Shown here: piece after piece, positions 63,741-64,000 of the stretch
Position numbering within the stretch: the stretch's first letter is position 1
Layout: each line of letters begins with the position of its first letter
Origin: Candidatus Babeliales bacterium
GTDB lineage: Bacteria > Vulcanimicrobiota > Vulcanimicrobiia > Vulcanimicrobiales > Vulcanimicrobiaceae
Direction: 5' to 3'
Assembly: GCA_035654155.1 (NCBI GenBank)
Contig: DASRXM010000016.1
Span: 10,924 to 74,923, forward strand
Length of the DNA: 64,000 nucleotides
The notes under the pieces: generated by a model
The model's input: the letters and a program-made list of their open reading frames with translations, nothing else
Database searches by the model: none
What the model was told of the DNA's origin: nothing
Made by a program: the position numbers and the translations under genes

Positions 63741-64000
63741 TCATCTCCTTGCGGATGGTATGCTCGGCCGCGAACGCAGCGCACGAGCCAGCGACGCGTG
63801 CAGCTCGTGTCCGCTCTTGAAAGCCACGACCTCGAAGCACGGCCAAGCACCGAGCAGCGCGAGGTCGCCGATCAGGTCGAGCACTTTGTGCCGGACGGCT
63901 TCATCCGGCCAACGCAGCGGCTGCATCGGTCCGTCGGGCGTGAAGATGAGCGCATTCTCCAAACTGCCGCCGCGGCCCAAGCCGCGCGCCCAGAGAGCTT
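63741..64000 (-). CDS. lpxC: UDP-3-O-acyl-GlcNAc deacetylase LpxC, C-terminal part (5' end beyond the window)
   Basis: The frame is open to the window edge. GGSLENA, DE.VRHKVLDLIGDLALLG and FKSGHELH are LpxC C-terminal signatures. Confidence 0.88.
   Translation of the reverse strand, partial: ALWARGLGRGGSLENALIFTPDGPMQPLRWPDEAVRHKVLDLIGDLALLGAWPCFEVVAFKSGHELHASLARALRSRPSIPSARR

Noticed and set aside
1-64000. Scan for CRISPR arrays, rRNA, IS elements, prophage or integrase genes, and toxin-antitoxin pairs.
   Set aside because: I saw no direct-repeat/spacer arrays. No ORFs carry transposase or integrase signatures. No small adjacent ORF pairs of TA type were found. Non-coding DNA is too scarce to hide rRNA.

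Overview
High-GC, very gene-dense chromosomal window from a diderm, LPS-making bacterium. Many neighbouring genes share 4-nt ATGA/GTGA start/stop overlaps. I found no rRNA or tRNA genes, CRISPR arrays, transposases or integrases. Gene order: pntAA (5' truncated)-pntAB-pntB transhydrogenase; an RND pump behind a family-5 solute-binding lipoprotein; an Lrp-kdd-kamA operon; a DUF2079-like membrane protein plus cytochrome P450; LOG; a 1315-aa E2o-E1o 2-oxoglutarate dehydrogenase fusion; Tat-exported dienelactone hydrolase plus RmuC; peroxiredoxin; acyl-CoA dehydrogenase; FtsE-FtsX-M23 peptidase-2x CtpA; RNase E; two tandem copies of a two-gene beta-propeller lipoprotein cassette; rodA-minE-minD-minD-minC; an M48 peptidase; recR-ybaB-dnaX; recQ. 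The last ~13 kb is one co-directional outer-membrane/LPS cluster: GT4, TPR protein, OMP-like protein, YqgF-like nuclease, DUF3084-like protein, lptF/G, lptB, lptC-like, O-antigen-ligase-like, LpxB-related protein, metallophosphoesterase, lpxB, lpxA, fabZ, lpxC (partial). The best candidates for undescribed biology are: (1) the duplicated GloVer-repeat plus NHL-like lipoprotein cassette with a shared upstream box; (2) a ~62-nt element present in opposite orientations in two spacers of the LPS cluster; (3) a metallophosphoesterase and an LpxB-related gene inside the lipid A operon, where LpxH/LpxI would be expected; (4) a min operon with two tandem MinD paralogs; (5) a full E2 (lipoyl + PSBD + catalytic) fused to E1o; (6) a kdd-kamA pair without the rest of the lysine fermentation pathway. 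Family calls rest on motifs I recognise by eye, not on database searches. Trimmed start coordinates were computed from residue offsets in the supplied ORF track and may be off by a few codons.
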